From Alistipes senegalensis (lineage in GTDB: Bacteria > Bacillota > Clostridia > Oscillospirales > Ruminococcaceae), in assembly GCA_023665275.1 (NCBI GenBank), contig JAMPEF010000001.1, positions 40,924 to 104,923 of the forward strand: DNA of 64,000 nt, in the 5' to 3' direction. The translations under genes and the position numbers were made by a program. Every line of letters starts with the position of its first letter. Within the stretch, counting starts at the first letter, position 1. Of this stretch, positions 1 to 9,387 are shown piece by piece. A model generated the notes under the pieces. The model was not told the DNA's origin. It did not search any database and worked only from the letters and a program-made list of their open reading frames with translations.

Positions 1-417
1 TCGCATTTTTAGCCGTTCAGCTAATCTGATAGATTTTGTATTTCTTGAATTTATTTCTGCAAATATGCGACGGACACCAAGAAATGAAAAAGCATATTTT
101 ATCATACCATATATACTTTCATAAGCATATCCTTTGCCCTGAAATTTACTATTAAAGGTATATCCTATCTCATAGTTACCAGAATCCTTATCAGAAAAAT
201 ATATTTTGCCGATAACTTTATTATCTAAGACAACAGCAAAAAATTCCTCACTTTTTGAGAAGTTTATTGCCTCCTGAATACAAGCCTCTTTTGTAAAAGT
301 TTCATAAGGTTCAAAATATGTAACTTCAGTATCTGTCAAAATATCAGCTAAATCTTCATAATCATCTGATATGAATTTTCTGATTTTCAAGCGTTCAGTT
401 GTAAATAATACAGACAT
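1..417 (-). CDS. GNAT-family N-acetyltransferase (RimJ/RimL-like); partial, C-terminus runs off the window start
   Basis: Hand translation of the minus strand from the ATG at 415-417 gives MSVLFTTERLKIRKFISDDYEDLADILTDTEVTYFEPYETFTKEACIQEAINFSKSEEFFAVVLDNKVIGKIYFSDKDSGNYEIGYTFNSKFQGKGYAYESIYGMIKYAFSFLGVRRIFAEINSRNTKSI. This shows a GNAT-like motif arrangement. The ORF is open to position 1. Confidence 0.55.
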   Translation of the reverse strand, partial: MSVLFTTERLKIRKFISDDYEDLADILTDTEVTYFEPYETFTKEACIQEAINFSKSEEFFAVVLDNKVIGKIYFSDKDSGNYEIGYTFNSKFQGKGYAYESIYGMIKYAFSFLGVRRIFAEINSRNTKSIRLAERLKMR

Positions 418-513
418 ATATACACCTCCGTAATTTCTAATTTATCCTGATTTTAAAGTACAACAGGCAGGAATTACCCTGCCCGTGCAAATTATTATAT
501 AAACCGGATTAAA

Positions 514-1743
514 TTACTTGTTGTTACGTTTCTGGTCGAGCTTAGCCTTAACGTGAATCGGAAGTCCAAAGAGGTTAATAAAGCCTGTAGCATCAGCCTG
601 ATTGTAAACTTCATCAGCGTCGAAAGTAGCAACTTCCTCATCATAGAGGGTGTACGGTGAAGTAACACCAGCATTAATGATATTGCCCTTGTAAAGTTTG
701 AGTTTAACATCACCTGTAACTGTCTTCTGTGTTTCAGTAACAAATGCACTCATAGCCTCACGGAGCGGTGTGAACCACTGACCATTATATACAATATCAG
801 CAAACTTTATGCTGAGATACTGTTTAACTCTTGCTGTTTCCTTGTCAAGACAGATAGTTTCAAGTACTTCATGTGCATGGTAGAGAATAGCACCACCGGG
901 AGTTTCATAAACACCTCTTGACTTCATGCCGACAAGACGGTTTTCAACAAGGTCTGCAAGTCCGATACCGTTTTCACCGCCAAGTTTATTAAGTGCGGTG
1001 ACAAGTTCAGTACCATTCATTTCCTTGCCATCGATAGCTGTCGGAACACCCTTTTCAAAGTGAATTGTTACGTATGTGGGCTTGTCCGGTGCATCAATAG
1101 GTGAAACACCTAATTCAAGGAAGCCTTCCTTTTCGTACTGTGGTTCATTTGCAGGGTCTTCAAGGTCAAGACCTTCATGTGAGAGATGCCAGATATTCTT
1201 ATCCTTTGAATAATTTGTCTCTCTGTTAATCTTAAGCGGGATTTCATGTGCCTCTGCATAGTCAATTTCTTCGTCTCTTGACTTGATATCCCATTCTCTC
1301 CACGGTGCAATGATAGCCATATCCGGAGCAAATGCCTTTATAGCAAGTTCAAAACGTACCTGGTCGTTGCCCTTACCTGTACAGCCATGACAGATAGCAT
1401 CTGCACCCTCTGCTATGGCGATTTCTGCAATTTTCTTTGCAATAATCGGACGTGCAAATGATGTACCGAGTAAATATCTGTTTTCATAGACTGCACCAGC
1501 CTGAACAGTCGGGAAAACATAATCCTGTATAAATTCTTCCTTTAAGTCAAGAACGATAAGTTTTGAAGCACCTGTCTTCTTAGCCTTTTCGTCGAGACCA
1601 TCAAGTTCTGTACCCTGTCCGACATCAGCAGATACAGCGATAACCTCACAGTTATTATAATTTTCCTTGAGCCACGGAATGATGATTGATGTATCAAGTC
1701 CGCCGGAATAAGCAAGAACGACTTTTTTAATTTCCTTAGCCAT
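514..1743 (-). CDS. argG: Argininosuccinate synthase
   Basis: 409 aa. N-terminus [19 protein letters not shown] is the PP-loop ATPase motif of ArgG. GGAGG RBS upstream. Full-length type-1 ArgG. Confidence 0.93.
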   Translation of the reverse strand: MAKEIKKVVLAYSGGLDTSIIIPWLKENYNNCEVIAVSADVGQGTELDGLDEKAKKTGASKLIVLDLKEEFIQDYVFPTVQAGAVYENRYLLGTSFARPIIAKKIAEIAIAEGADAICHGCTGKGNDQVRFELAIKAFAPDMAIIAPWREWDIKSRDEEIDYAEAHEIPLKINRETNYSKDKNIWHLSHEGLDLEDPANEPQYEKEGFLELGVSPIDAPDKPTYVTIHFEKGVPTAIDGKEMNGTELVTALNKLGGENGIGLADLVENRLVGMKSRGVYETPGGAILYHAHEVLETICLDKETARVKQYLSIKFADIVYNGQWFTPLREAMSAFVTETQKTVTGDVKLKLYKGNIINAGVTSPYTLYDEEVATFDADEVYNQADATGFINLFGLPIHVKAKLDQKRNNK

Positions 1744-1966
1744 TTTAAAAACCTCCTAAAAAATATTCAATAAATATATTATACACTTATTCACGACAAT
1801 GTCAAGTAGTTTTGGATAAATATTCATTTTTTCAAAAAATATTCACATTGTAGCGCATATTATTCGAAAATTAAAAATTATTACATAATTATTTGGAAAA
1901 TGTCACATTAAAACATATTCTGTTTTGTGAATTTCTACAATTTTTAATAGATTATTTTTATTTTAC

Positions 1967-1995
1967 TTGATATTTTCTGTTTTTAATGCTATAAT
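1967..1995 (+). promoter_or_regulatory. Sigma-A type promoter for ldh (TTGATA-17 bp-TATAAT)
   Basis: Sequence read: TTGATA at 1967-1972, a 17-nt spacer, TATAAT at 1990-1995. This lies about 60 nt upstream of the ldh start codon. Confidence 0.5.
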
Positions 1996-2055
1996 AGATT
2001 TATGTATAAATTCGTATCATGCATACGAAAAATTTTTATGGAGGATATTAAACCA

Positions 2056-3006
2056 ATGAAAGATAATAAAGGTAGTAAAATTTCCGTTCTTGGTGCTGGC
2101 AATGTAGGCGCAACTATTGCTTACACATTTGCAGTACATGGCACTTGCTCCGATGTCGTTCTTGTTGACATCAATGAAGCAAAAGCAAAGGGAGAAGCTA
2201 TGGATATTCGCCATGGTATCTCTTTCGCACACAATCTCGAAATCACCGACGGTACATACGACGATATCGCCGGTTCTGATATCGTTGTTGTTACTCTCGG
2301 TATGGGAAGAAAACCTGGTCAGTCAAGACTTGACCTTATGCAGAACAATGTAAATATCATTAAGCAGGTTATGCCTAATGTCGCTAAAATTGCACCTGAT
2401 GCAATTTATGTTGTAGTAAGCAATCCTGTTGATATTCTTACATACGCTATCTTACAGTGTACAGACCTTAAACCCTCACAGGTTATCGGTTCGGGAACTA
2501 TTCTCGACAGCGCACGTCTCCGCTCAGATATTGCCGAAAAGGCTTGCATAAGTCCGAAGAGCATTCATGCGTATATGTTCGGCGAACATGGCGATACTTC
2601 TTTTGTACCGTGGTCGACAACAAATATCGGTGGTATGAATATGTTCGATTACTGGAAGTCAACAGGTCGTTCACTCGAAGAACTCAATACAGACGAAATT
2701 GAAAACAATGTCCGTATAGCCGGCGGTGAGGTTATCAAGAGAAAAGGCGCTACTTTCTATGCTATCGCACTTTCTGTAAACAAGATATGTGAAACTATTA
2801 TCCGTAATGCAAACAATATCCTTACTGTTTCCACACTTACAAACGGCAGATATGGTATCGATGATGTATGTCTTTCACTCCCTTGTGTTGTTAACGGTCA
2901 CGGTATTGTGGGCGAAGTAAATCCGCCTCTCCTTGATGAAGAACTTGAAAAACTCCGCAAGAGTGCAGACACATTAAAACAGTTTATCGCACAGATTAAT
3001 TTCTGA
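2056..3006 (+). CDS. ldh: L-lactate dehydrogenase
   Basis: KISVLGAGNVGATIAYTFA Rossmann motif, DVVLVDINEAKAKGEAMDIRHG, and overall LDH/MDH-family length. Start chosen at MKDNKG (2056), preceded by GGAGGA. The ORF-track start at 2002 is probably an N-terminal over-extension. Confidence 0.85.
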   Translation: MKDNKGSKISVLGAGNVGATIAYTFAVHGTCSDVVLVDINEAKAKGEAMDIRHGISFAHNLEITDGTYDDIAGSDIVVVTLGMGRKPGQSRLDLMQNNVNIIKQVMPNVAKIAPDAIYVVVSNPVDILTYAILQCTDLKPSQVIGSGTILDSARLRSDIAEKACISPKSIHAYMFGEHGDTSFVPWSTTNIGGMNMFDYWKSTGRSLEELNTDEIENNVRIAGGEVIKRKGATFYAIALSVNKICETIIRNANNILTVSTLTNGRYGIDDVCLSLPCVVNGHGIVGEVNPPLLDEELEKLRKSADTLKQFIAQINF

Positions 3007-3020
3007 AAATAACCACAGCA

Positions 3021-3064
3021 CAGCGGAAAACCGTTTAAAATACGGTTTTTCGCTGTTATTTTTA
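3021..3064 (+). terminator. Rho-independent terminator after ldh
   Basis: Hairpin cagcggaaaaccg / cggtttttcgctg with one mismatch, followed by a T-run. Confidence 0.5.
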
Positions 3065-3083
3065 AGAAAGGAAGTTATTACCA

Positions 3084-4259
3084 ATGAATTATGCTGAAGA
3101 ATCTCTTAAAAAACACTATGAATGGAAAGGCAAAGTAGAAGTTATATGCCGTGCGCCCCTCGAAACTACAGAGGATTTGTCACTTGCATATACCCCCGGA
3201 GTTGCTCAGCCTTGCCTTGAAATTCAGAAAGATGTACTCAAAAGTTATGACCTTACACGCCGTTCAAATCTCGTTGCAGTCGTGACGGACGGTACAGCCG
3301 TACTTGGTCTCGGCGACATAGGTCCGGAAGCTGGTATGCCCGTTATGGAGGGCAAATGCGCTTTATTTAAGGCTTTCGGTGACGTTGATGCAATACCGTT
3401 ATGCATACGCTCAAAATCGGTAGACGATATTGTAAATACTGTCAGACTGCTTGCGGGTTCTTTCGGTGGCGTTAATCTGGAAGATATTTCCGCACCACGT
3501 TGCTTTGAAATCGAAAAGAAATTGAAGGAATGTTGTGATATTCCGATTTTCCATGACGACCAGCATGGAACAGCTGTAGTTACTCTCGCCGCTATGTTAA
3601 ATGCTCTGAAACTTACAGGAAAACACATCGACGATATACGTGTTGTGACAAGCGGAGCAGGTGCGGCAGGTATTGCAATAATCAGACTTTTAATTTCAAT
3701 GGGTCTGAAAGATGTTGTACTTTGTGACCGCAAAGGTGCAATATACAAGGGACGTACTGAAGATATGAATCCCGTCAAGGAAGCAATGGCAGAAATTACT
3801 AATCAGCAAATGCGGAAAGGTACTCTCGCTGAAGTCATAAAGGGGGCAGACGTCTTTATAGGTGTATCCGCTCCGAACTGTCTTACTAAAGAAATGGTAA
3901 AGTCTATGGCTGAAAACCCGATTATTTTCCCTATGGCTAATCCTACTCCGGAAATTATGCCAGAAGATGCTATTGAAGCAGGTGCGGCTGTGGTCGGTAC
4001 GGGCAGAAGCGATTATCCTAATCAGATTAATAACGTTCTCGCTTTCCCCGGAATCTTCCGTGGTGCGCTTGACGTTCGTGCAAGCGATATAAACGACGCT
4101 ATGAAAATTGCTGCCGCTAAAGCTATCGCATCTTTCGTGACCGATGACAAACTCGCTGCGGATTATATTATACCAAGCGTTCTTGACAAATCAGTTGCAA
4201 AGGCTGTAGCCGAAGCCGTTGCACAAGCCGCCCGTGATACAGGCGTTGCACGTATATAA
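3084..4259 (+). CDS. NAD(P)-dependent malic enzyme (short, about 390-aa form)
   Basis: N-terminus EESLKKHYEWKGKVEVICRAPLETTEDLSLAYTPGVA and VTDGTAVLGLGDIGPEAGMPVMEGKCALFK are malic-enzyme signatures. 391 aa. Confidence 0.85.
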   Translation: MNYAEESLKKHYEWKGKVEVICRAPLETTEDLSLAYTPGVAQPCLEIQKDVLKSYDLTRRSNLVAVVTDGTAVLGLGDIGPEAGMPVMEGKCALFKAFGDVDAIPLCIRSKSVDDIVNTVRLLAGSFGGVNLEDISAPRCFEIEKKLKECCDIPIFHDDQHGTAVVTLAAMLNALKLTGKHIDDIRVVTSGAGAAGIAIIRLLISMGLKDVVLCDRKGAIYKGRTEDMNPVKEAMAEITNQQMRKGTLAEVIKGADVFIGVSAPNCLTKEMVKSMAENPIIFPMANPTPEIMPEDAIEAGAAVVGTGRSDYPNQINNVLAFPGIFRGALDVRASDINDAMKIAAAKAIASFVTDDKLAADYIIPSVLDKSVAKAVAEAVAQAARDTGVARI

Positions 4260-4273
4260 TTATAATTAATATT

Positions 4274-4308
4274 CCGGACAGTCATATAAAAGACTGTCCG
4301 GATTTTAC
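4274..4308 (+). terminator. Rho-independent terminator after malic enzyme gene
   Basis: Perfect hairpin tccggacagtc-atataaaa-gactgtccgga followed by TTTT. Confidence 0.5.
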
Positions 4309-4322
4309 AGGAGGAGTTTTTT

Positions 4323-5510
4323 ATGAACCTTAATGATACCCCGTCCGGTGAAAGAGTTCATATTGGTTTTTTCGGAAAAAGAAACGTCGGAAAATCAAGT
4401 CTTGTCAATGCCGTGACAGGTCAGGAACTTTCTGTAGTATCTGATATAAAAGGTACTACTACAGACCCCGTATCAAAAGCTATGGAATTACTGCCACTCG
4501 GTGCGGTTGTGATTACTGATACCGCTGGTTATGACGATTCCGGAAAACTCGGTGAAATGCGTGTCCGGAAAACAAGACAGATTCTTAACAAAACTGATAT
4601 AGCTGTACTCGTCGTGGACAGCACAACAGGTATTTCCGATTCCGACAATGAACTTATTGAACTATTTAAAAATAAAAATATTCCGTATCTAATCGCCTAC
4701 AATAAATCCGATATTAAAAATGTTCCACGTGGAACAAATGAAATTTCCGTCAGTGCTGTGAATAAACATAACATTCATGAACTGAAAGAAAAAATAGCAA
4801 AACTTTATATTTCTGAAAATAAAAAATTTATCGTCAGAGATTTGATAAATCCGGAAGATGTTATTATACTTGTCACTCCGATAGACGCCGCCGCACCTAA
4901 AGGTCGTTTAATTCTGCCACAACAACAGACTATCCGTGATATTCTTGACTCCGATGCTATGGCTATCGTAACAAAAGAATTTCAGTTAGCTAAAACTCTT
5001 GAAAAATTCCCCACACCGAAAATGGTCATAACAGATAGTCAGGTATTCGGTTACGTCAGCAATATAGTTCCGGAAAATATCCCGCTTACATCGTTTTCCA
5101 TTCTGATGGCTCGTTACAAAGGATTCCTTGAAACAGCCGTAAAAGGTGCGTCGTCTATCCGGAATCTATGTGACGGTGATAAAGTTCTTATCTCTGAAGG
5201 CTGTACGCATCACAGGCAATGCGGTGACATCGGCAGTATTAAACTACCTGCTCTTCTGAAAAAATTTACAGGAAAAATTTTAAATATAGAATTATCCTCC
5301 GGAAGAGATTTTCCTGAAGATTTATCGGAATATAAATTAATTATCCATTGCGGTGGCTGTATGCTTAATCAACGTGAAGTGTCTTTCCGTATGAAATCTG
5401 CTACTGACCAGAACATACCATTTACAAATTACGGAATTGCTATAGCTCTTATGAACGGCATTTTAAAAAGAAGTATTGAAATTTTTCCCGATATGGTGAA
5501 TCTGATATGA
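4323..5510 (+). CDS. hydF: [FeFe]-hydrogenase H-cluster maturation GTPase HydF
   Basis: GFFGKRNVGKSSLVNAVTG P-loop, DTAG, and NKSD GTPase motifs. About 395 aa with a Cys-containing C-terminal domain (CTHHRQCGD ... HCGGC) typical of HydF. Contains an intragenic parS-like palindrome at 4721-4736. Confidence 0.8.
   Translation: MNLNDTPSGERVHIGFFGKRNVGKSSLVNAVTGQELSVVSDIKGTTTDPVSKAMELLPLGAVVITDTAGYDDSGKLGEMRVRKTRQILNKTDIAVLVVDSTTGISDSDNELIELFKNKNIPYLIAYNKSDIKNVPRGTNEISVSAVNKHNIHELKEKIAKLYISENKKFIVRDLINPEDVIILVTPIDAAAPKGRLILPQQQTIRDILDSDAMAIVTKEFQLAKTLEKFPTPKMVITDSQVFGYVSNIVPENIPLTSFSILMARYKGFLETAVKGASSIRNLCDGDKVLISEGCTHHRQCGDIGSIKLPALLKKFTGKILNIELSSGRDFPEDLSEYKLIIHCGGCMLNQREVSFRMKSATDQNIPFTNYGIAIALMNGILKRSIEIFPDMVNLI
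4721..4736. promoter_or_regulatory. Intragenic parS-like perfect palindrome TGTTCCACGTGGAACA inside hydF (encodes NVPRGT)
   Basis: Exact 16-mer identical to the array repeat core. Flanks AA..AA give 18/20 of the 20-mer AATGTTCCACGTGGAACATT. Confidence 0.5.
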
Positions 5511-5896
5511 AAAAACGTATTCCATATATAACAGGATTTCTTATCCTCCTGATTGTTGAGGTTTTAATAGCACTTTTTATCTCCGGCGGATTTATCAGAA
5601 ATTATATGGGCGATGTCATTGTAGTATGGGTCGTCTACTGTTTTGTGAAGATATTTCTTGTAAAATCTAACTCTTATCTGACTGCTATCGGTGTGATGTT
5701 TTTCGCCTTTATTGTGGAGTTTCTGCAATATATCCATATAGTTGATATACTCGGTCTCGGGAATATTACATTTTTCCGTGTACTTATCGGGACAAGCTTT
5801 TCTGTCATCGATTTGCTCTGCTATTCTGTCGGAACTGCTATGACTATTATTTTAATATTTCTGCAATCAAAATTAAAAAAACATTTTATTCCCTGA
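5507..5896 (+). CDS. Small polytopic membrane protein (DUF2809-like)
   Basis: 129 aa, highly hydrophobic. ATGA overlap with the hydF stop. Family assignment by resemblance only. Confidence 0.45.
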   Translation: MKKRIPYITGFLILLIVEVLIALFISGGFIRNYMGDVIVVWVVYCFVKIFLVKSNSYLTAIGVMFFAFIVEFLQYIHIVDILGLGNITFFRVLIGTSFSVIDLLCYSVGTAMTIILIFLQSKLKKHFIP

Positions 5897-5963
5897 TAGA
5901 ATATAATAAATAAATCCGTTAATAATAGTATCAGAAAAAATTTCAACACAGGGAGTGAATATT

Positions 5964-6314
5964 ATGTCTGTAAAACGGGGAGAAATTTATTATGCTGACC
6001 TTAGTCCAGTTGTTGGCTCGGAACAGGGTGGTATAAGACCAGTACTTATTGTTCAGAACGATATCGGAAACAAACACAGTCCGACTGTTATTGCGGCTGC
6101 TATAACAAGTCAACGTGATAAGACACATCTTCCGACACATATTGAAGTACAAGCGGATAAGTGTGGTCTTGCAAAAGATAGTATCGTTCTTCTTGAACAA
6201 ATACGCACTTTAGACAAAAAACGTCTTAAGGATAAAATGGGTGAACTTGACCTCGGTGCAATGAACAAGGTTAATACAGCACTTTCAATAAGTTTCGGTC
6301 TTGGAATAACATAA
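5964..6314 (+). CDS. mazF: MazF/PemK/EndoA-family mRNA interferase toxin
   Basis: [50 protein letters not shown] is a near-canonical MazF/NdoA sequence. GGGAG RBS 7 nt upstream. No antitoxin ORF upstream (only 67 bp of spacer). Confidence 0.85.
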   Translation: MSVKRGEIYYADLSPVVGSEQGGIRPVLIVQNDIGNKHSPTVIAAAITSQRDKTHLPTHIEVQADKCGLAKDSIVLLEQIRTLDKKRLKDKMGELDLGAMNKVNTALSISFGLGIT

Positions 6315-6317
6315 AGA

Positions 6318-6347
6318 AAGTCCCTTTTTTATAAGGGACTTTTTTTA
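6318..6347 (+). terminator. Rho-independent terminator after mazF
   Basis: aagtccctt-ttttata-agggactt followed by TTTTTTT. Confidence 0.7.
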
Positions 6348-6414
6348 TGCATATTTGTCCGTGTGTTTTCATATTCTGTAATGACAAAACAACAACATCT
6401 GAAAGGGTGATATT

Positions 6415-9036
6415 ATGGGTCTTACAGAAAAAGAAGCATCGGCAAGGCTTAAGGAAGACGGCAAAAACGTCCTTGACGGCGGAAAAAAAACTAATCCGGT
6501 GGCAATATTCTTTAATCAGTTCAAGGACGTTATGGTTATGATTTTACTGGGTGCTACTGTCATATCAGTTCTTCTTGGTGAAATCTCCGACGCTGTGACT
6601 ATAATTCTTATAGTTCTGCTTAACTCTATACTCGGATTTATTCAGGAATACAGAACGGAACATACTTTAGAGGCTCTTAAATCAATGACTTCTCCTACAG
6701 CTAAATGTTACCGTGATGGAGTTCTTAAGGAAATTGACGCCTCGGAACTCGTCGTCGATGATGTGATAGAAGTTGAGGCAGGCGACAGAATACCTGCCGA
6801 CTGTGTTATATTGAAGTCTTTCGGATTTTTTGCAGATGAAGCTATGCTTACCGGAGAATCGGAGGCTGTCGCAAAAATAGCAGGTCTTACAAATGATAAC
6901 GATAATTCTCTGAACAAGGATAATATTGTTTATTGTGGAACATCTGCTACTAAAGGCGTATGTCGTGCAAGGGTAATCGCTACCGGAAAACGTACTCAAA
7001 TGGGCAGAATCTCTGAAATGCTGACCGATATTGACAAGGAAATGACACCTCTGCAAAAACGTCTTGCAGAACTCGGAAAAGTTGTCGCCGTAATATGTCT
7101 CGTAGTATGCGTTGCTGTTTTCGTCGCCGGCGTTCTGCGTGGTGAAGATGTTTTTGAAATGCTTATGACAGGCATTACCATAGCAATAGCTGCTATTCCT
7201 GAAGGTCTTCCGGCAACTGTTACTATTGCACTTGCTCTAGCTGTAAATCGTATGCTGAAACAAAAAGCTCTTGTGAATAAACTTCACAGTGTAGAAACTC
7301 TTGGTTGCGCATCGGTGATATGCTCCGACAAAACAGGTACTATAACTGAAAATAAAATGACTGTTACTGAAATAAGTACGATTGGAGAGAGTTATTATTT
7401 CAGTGGTATGGGCTATCGCATAAATGGAGGTCTTACAAAAGGCAAGGAAAATATCTCGGTAAATCCACAAAATGAAAAATCACTTATGGAAGCGTTAAGG
7501 TGCGGTGTGATATGCTCGACTGCTACAATAAGTACGCTGAAACAAACTAAAAGTCGCAGTCGTGGAAATCTTACCGGAAAAGGTGAATGGCAAGTAACCG
7601 GTGACCCTACAGAAATAGCTTTACTTATCGCCGCCGCAAAAGCTGGTATAACTAAAGAAGCTCTTGAAATGAATTTCCGCAAACTTGATGAATATCCCTT
7701 TGACAGCGAAACACGTTTTATGGCTGTACATTGTTCTGTAAACTCCGAAAAAAGAATTTATTTCAAGGGTGCAGAAGAAGTTATCGTACCACGTTGTACA
7801 CAGTATATGGACGAATCGGGGGAAATAAAAACTTTAACTCCGAAAATACTCCGTGAAATCTCTGAAAAGGTAATAGAAATGTCCGACAAGGCCTTAAGAG
7901 TTCTTGCACTGGCTTACTGCATATCTGATACCTTAGACCCACAAAAAACTAATCTTGTATTTCTTGGACTTTCCGGCATGATTGACCCACCTCGTGAAGA
8001 GGCTAAAACCGCTATACGAAAATGTTCCAATGCCTCAATAAAAACAGTAATGATTACCGGCGACCACATAAATACAGCTGTGGCAGTCGCAAAAAAAGCT
8101 GGTCTCCTTAAAGGCGGTAAGGCTATGACCGGTGCTGAACTTGACCGCCTGACCGATACGGAACTTGACAGGGAAATACATAAATATACTGTCTTTGCAA
8201 GAGTAGAACCAGTTCATAAATTAAGAATCGTAAGAAGTTTTAAACGTCGTGGGGAAATTGTCACAATGACCGGCGACGGTGTAAATGACGCTCCGGCTAT
8301 AAAAGAAGCTGACGTCGGTGTGGCTATGGGAGTTACCGGTACAGACGTTACAAAACAAGCCGCTGACGTTATACTCCTTGATGACAATTTAGCAACTCTT
8401 GTAAATGCTGTAGAACAGGGTCGATGTGTTTACTCAAATATAAGAAAGTTTGTCAGGTATTTATTATCATGTAATATAGGTGAAGTCCTTACAATGTTTT
8501 TAGGAATTTTAATGGGTATGCCTATTATATTACTTCCGGTACAAATACTTCTTGTAAATCTTGTAACAGATGGTCTGCCAGCTATTGCACTTGGTCTTGA
8601 ACCTCCTGAAGATGATATAATGACAAAACCACCACGAAAATCTACAGAAGGTTTCTTCTCAGATGGTCTTATGGGAAAAATTATTTTCCGTGGTGTATTT
8701 ATAGGACTTTCAACGCTTGCATCATTTGCAGTAACATTGCGTACAGGCGGAACGATAGAGGCCGGACGTACAGCAGCTTTGATTACTCTTGTAATGTCTC
8801 AACTTATACACGTTTTTGAATGCAAATCTGAAACAAAATCAATTTTTAAAATAAAATTTTTCAATAATGTTAAACTTGTACTCGCTGTGCTTGTATCTCT
8901 CGGAGCGCTGGCTGTAGCTGTAATGTTTCCGCCATTACAGGCTGTCTTTGAAACTGTAACACTTACTTCACATCAACTTCTTATTGCATTGGGATTCAGT
9001 GTCGCAATTCCTGTTATAAGCGCAATTTTTCAATAA
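6415..9036 (+). CDS. Calcium-translocating P-type ATPase (P2A/P2B type)
   Basis: 873 aa. CSDKTGTITEN phosphorylation motif, TGDGVNDAPAIKEADVG, TGES, PEGLPA motifs. About 10 TM segments. Confidence 0.85.
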   Translation: MGLTEKEASARLKEDGKNVLDGGKKTNPVAIFFNQFKDVMVMILLGATVISVLLGEISDAVTIILIVLLNSILGFIQEYRTEHTLEALKSMTSPTAKCYRDGVLKEIDASELVVDDVIEVEAGDRIPADCVILKSFGFFADEAMLTGESEAVAKIAGLTNDNDNSLNKDNIVYCGTSATKGVCRARVIATGKRTQMGRISEMLTDIDKEMTPLQKRLAELGKVVAVICLVVCVAVFVAGVLRGEDVFEMLMTGITIAIAAIPEGLPATVTIALALAVNRMLKQKALVNKLHSVETLGCASVICSDKTGTITENKMTVTEISTIGESYYFSGMGYRINGGLTKGKENISVNPQNEKSLMEALRCGVICSTATISTLKQTKSRSRGNLTGKGEWQVTGDPTEIALLIAAAKAGITKEALEMNFRKLDEYPFDSETRFMAVHCSVNSEKRIYFKGAEEVIVPRCTQYMDESGEIKTLTPKILREISEKVIEMSDKALRVLALAYCISDTLDPQKTNLVFLGLSGMIDPPREEAKTAIRKCSNASIKTVMITGDHINTAVAVAKKAGLLKGGKAMTGAELDRLTDTELDREIHKYTVFARVEPVHKLRIVRSFKRRGEIVTMTGDGVNDAPAIKEADVGVAMGVTGTDVTKQAADVILLDDNLATLVNAVEQGRCVYSNIRKFVRYLLSCNIGEVLTMFLGILMGMPIILLPVQILLVNLVTDGLPAIALGLEPPEDDIMTKPPRKSTEGFFSDGLMGKIIFRGVFIGLSTLASFAVTLRTGGTIEAGRTAALITLVMSQLIHVFECKSETKSIFKIKFFNNVKLVLAVLVSLGALAVAVMFPPLQAVFETVTLTSHQLLIALGFSVAIPVISAIFQ

Positions 9037-9049
9037 TATAATTTCTGTG

Positions 9050-9300
9050 TAAATTGTTCCATGTGGAACATTTTGTGTTTGTCGGTGCGGATTGTTCCAC
9101 GTGGAACATTTTGTGTTCGTTGGTGCGGATTGTTCCACGTGGAACATTTTGTGTTTGTCGGTGAGGATTGTTCCACGTGGAACATTTTATGTTTGTCGGT
9201 GAGGATTGTTCCACGTGGGACATTTTGTGTTTGTCGGTGCGGATTGTTCTACGTGGAACATTTTGTGTTCGTTGGTGCGGATTGTTCCACGTGGAACATT
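9050..9300. repeat. Tandem array 1: 7 copies of parS-like palindrome TGTTCCACGTGGAACA, period about 38 bp
   Basis: 16-mers start at 9056, 9094, 9132, 9170, 9208, 9246, 9284. Four are perfect. Three carry single central changes: CATGTG, CACGTGGG, TACGTG. Spacer GTGTTYGTYGGTGMGGAT is homogeneous. ORF-track ORFs 9014..9349 and 9061..9324 are repeat artefacts. Confidence 0.9.
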
Positions 9301-9354
9301 TTAAAATTTCCAGTAATATTATAAAATCTCCGTGAAATAATATTATCAAGCAAA

Positions 9355-9374
9355 TTGTTCCACGTGGAACATTA
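9355..9374. promoter_or_regulatory. Solitary parS-like palindrome immediately upstream of the spoVAD RBS
   Basis: ATTGTTCCACGTGGAACATT at 9355-9374. The spoVAD GGGAGG RBS starts 3 nt later. Confidence 0.55.
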
Positions 9375-9387
9375 AGGGAGGTTTTTT

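Noticed and set aside
9014-9349. ORF-track ORFs spanning the palindrome arrays (9014..9349 -, 9061..9324 +, 14023..14367 +, 25673..25927 +, 25882..26112 +) with repeated peptide motifs (CSTWNI / VPRGTF)
   Set aside because: Periodic peptide repeats simply translate the 38-46-bp DNA iterons. No RBS, and both strands give 'ORFs'. These are artefacts of tandem repeats.
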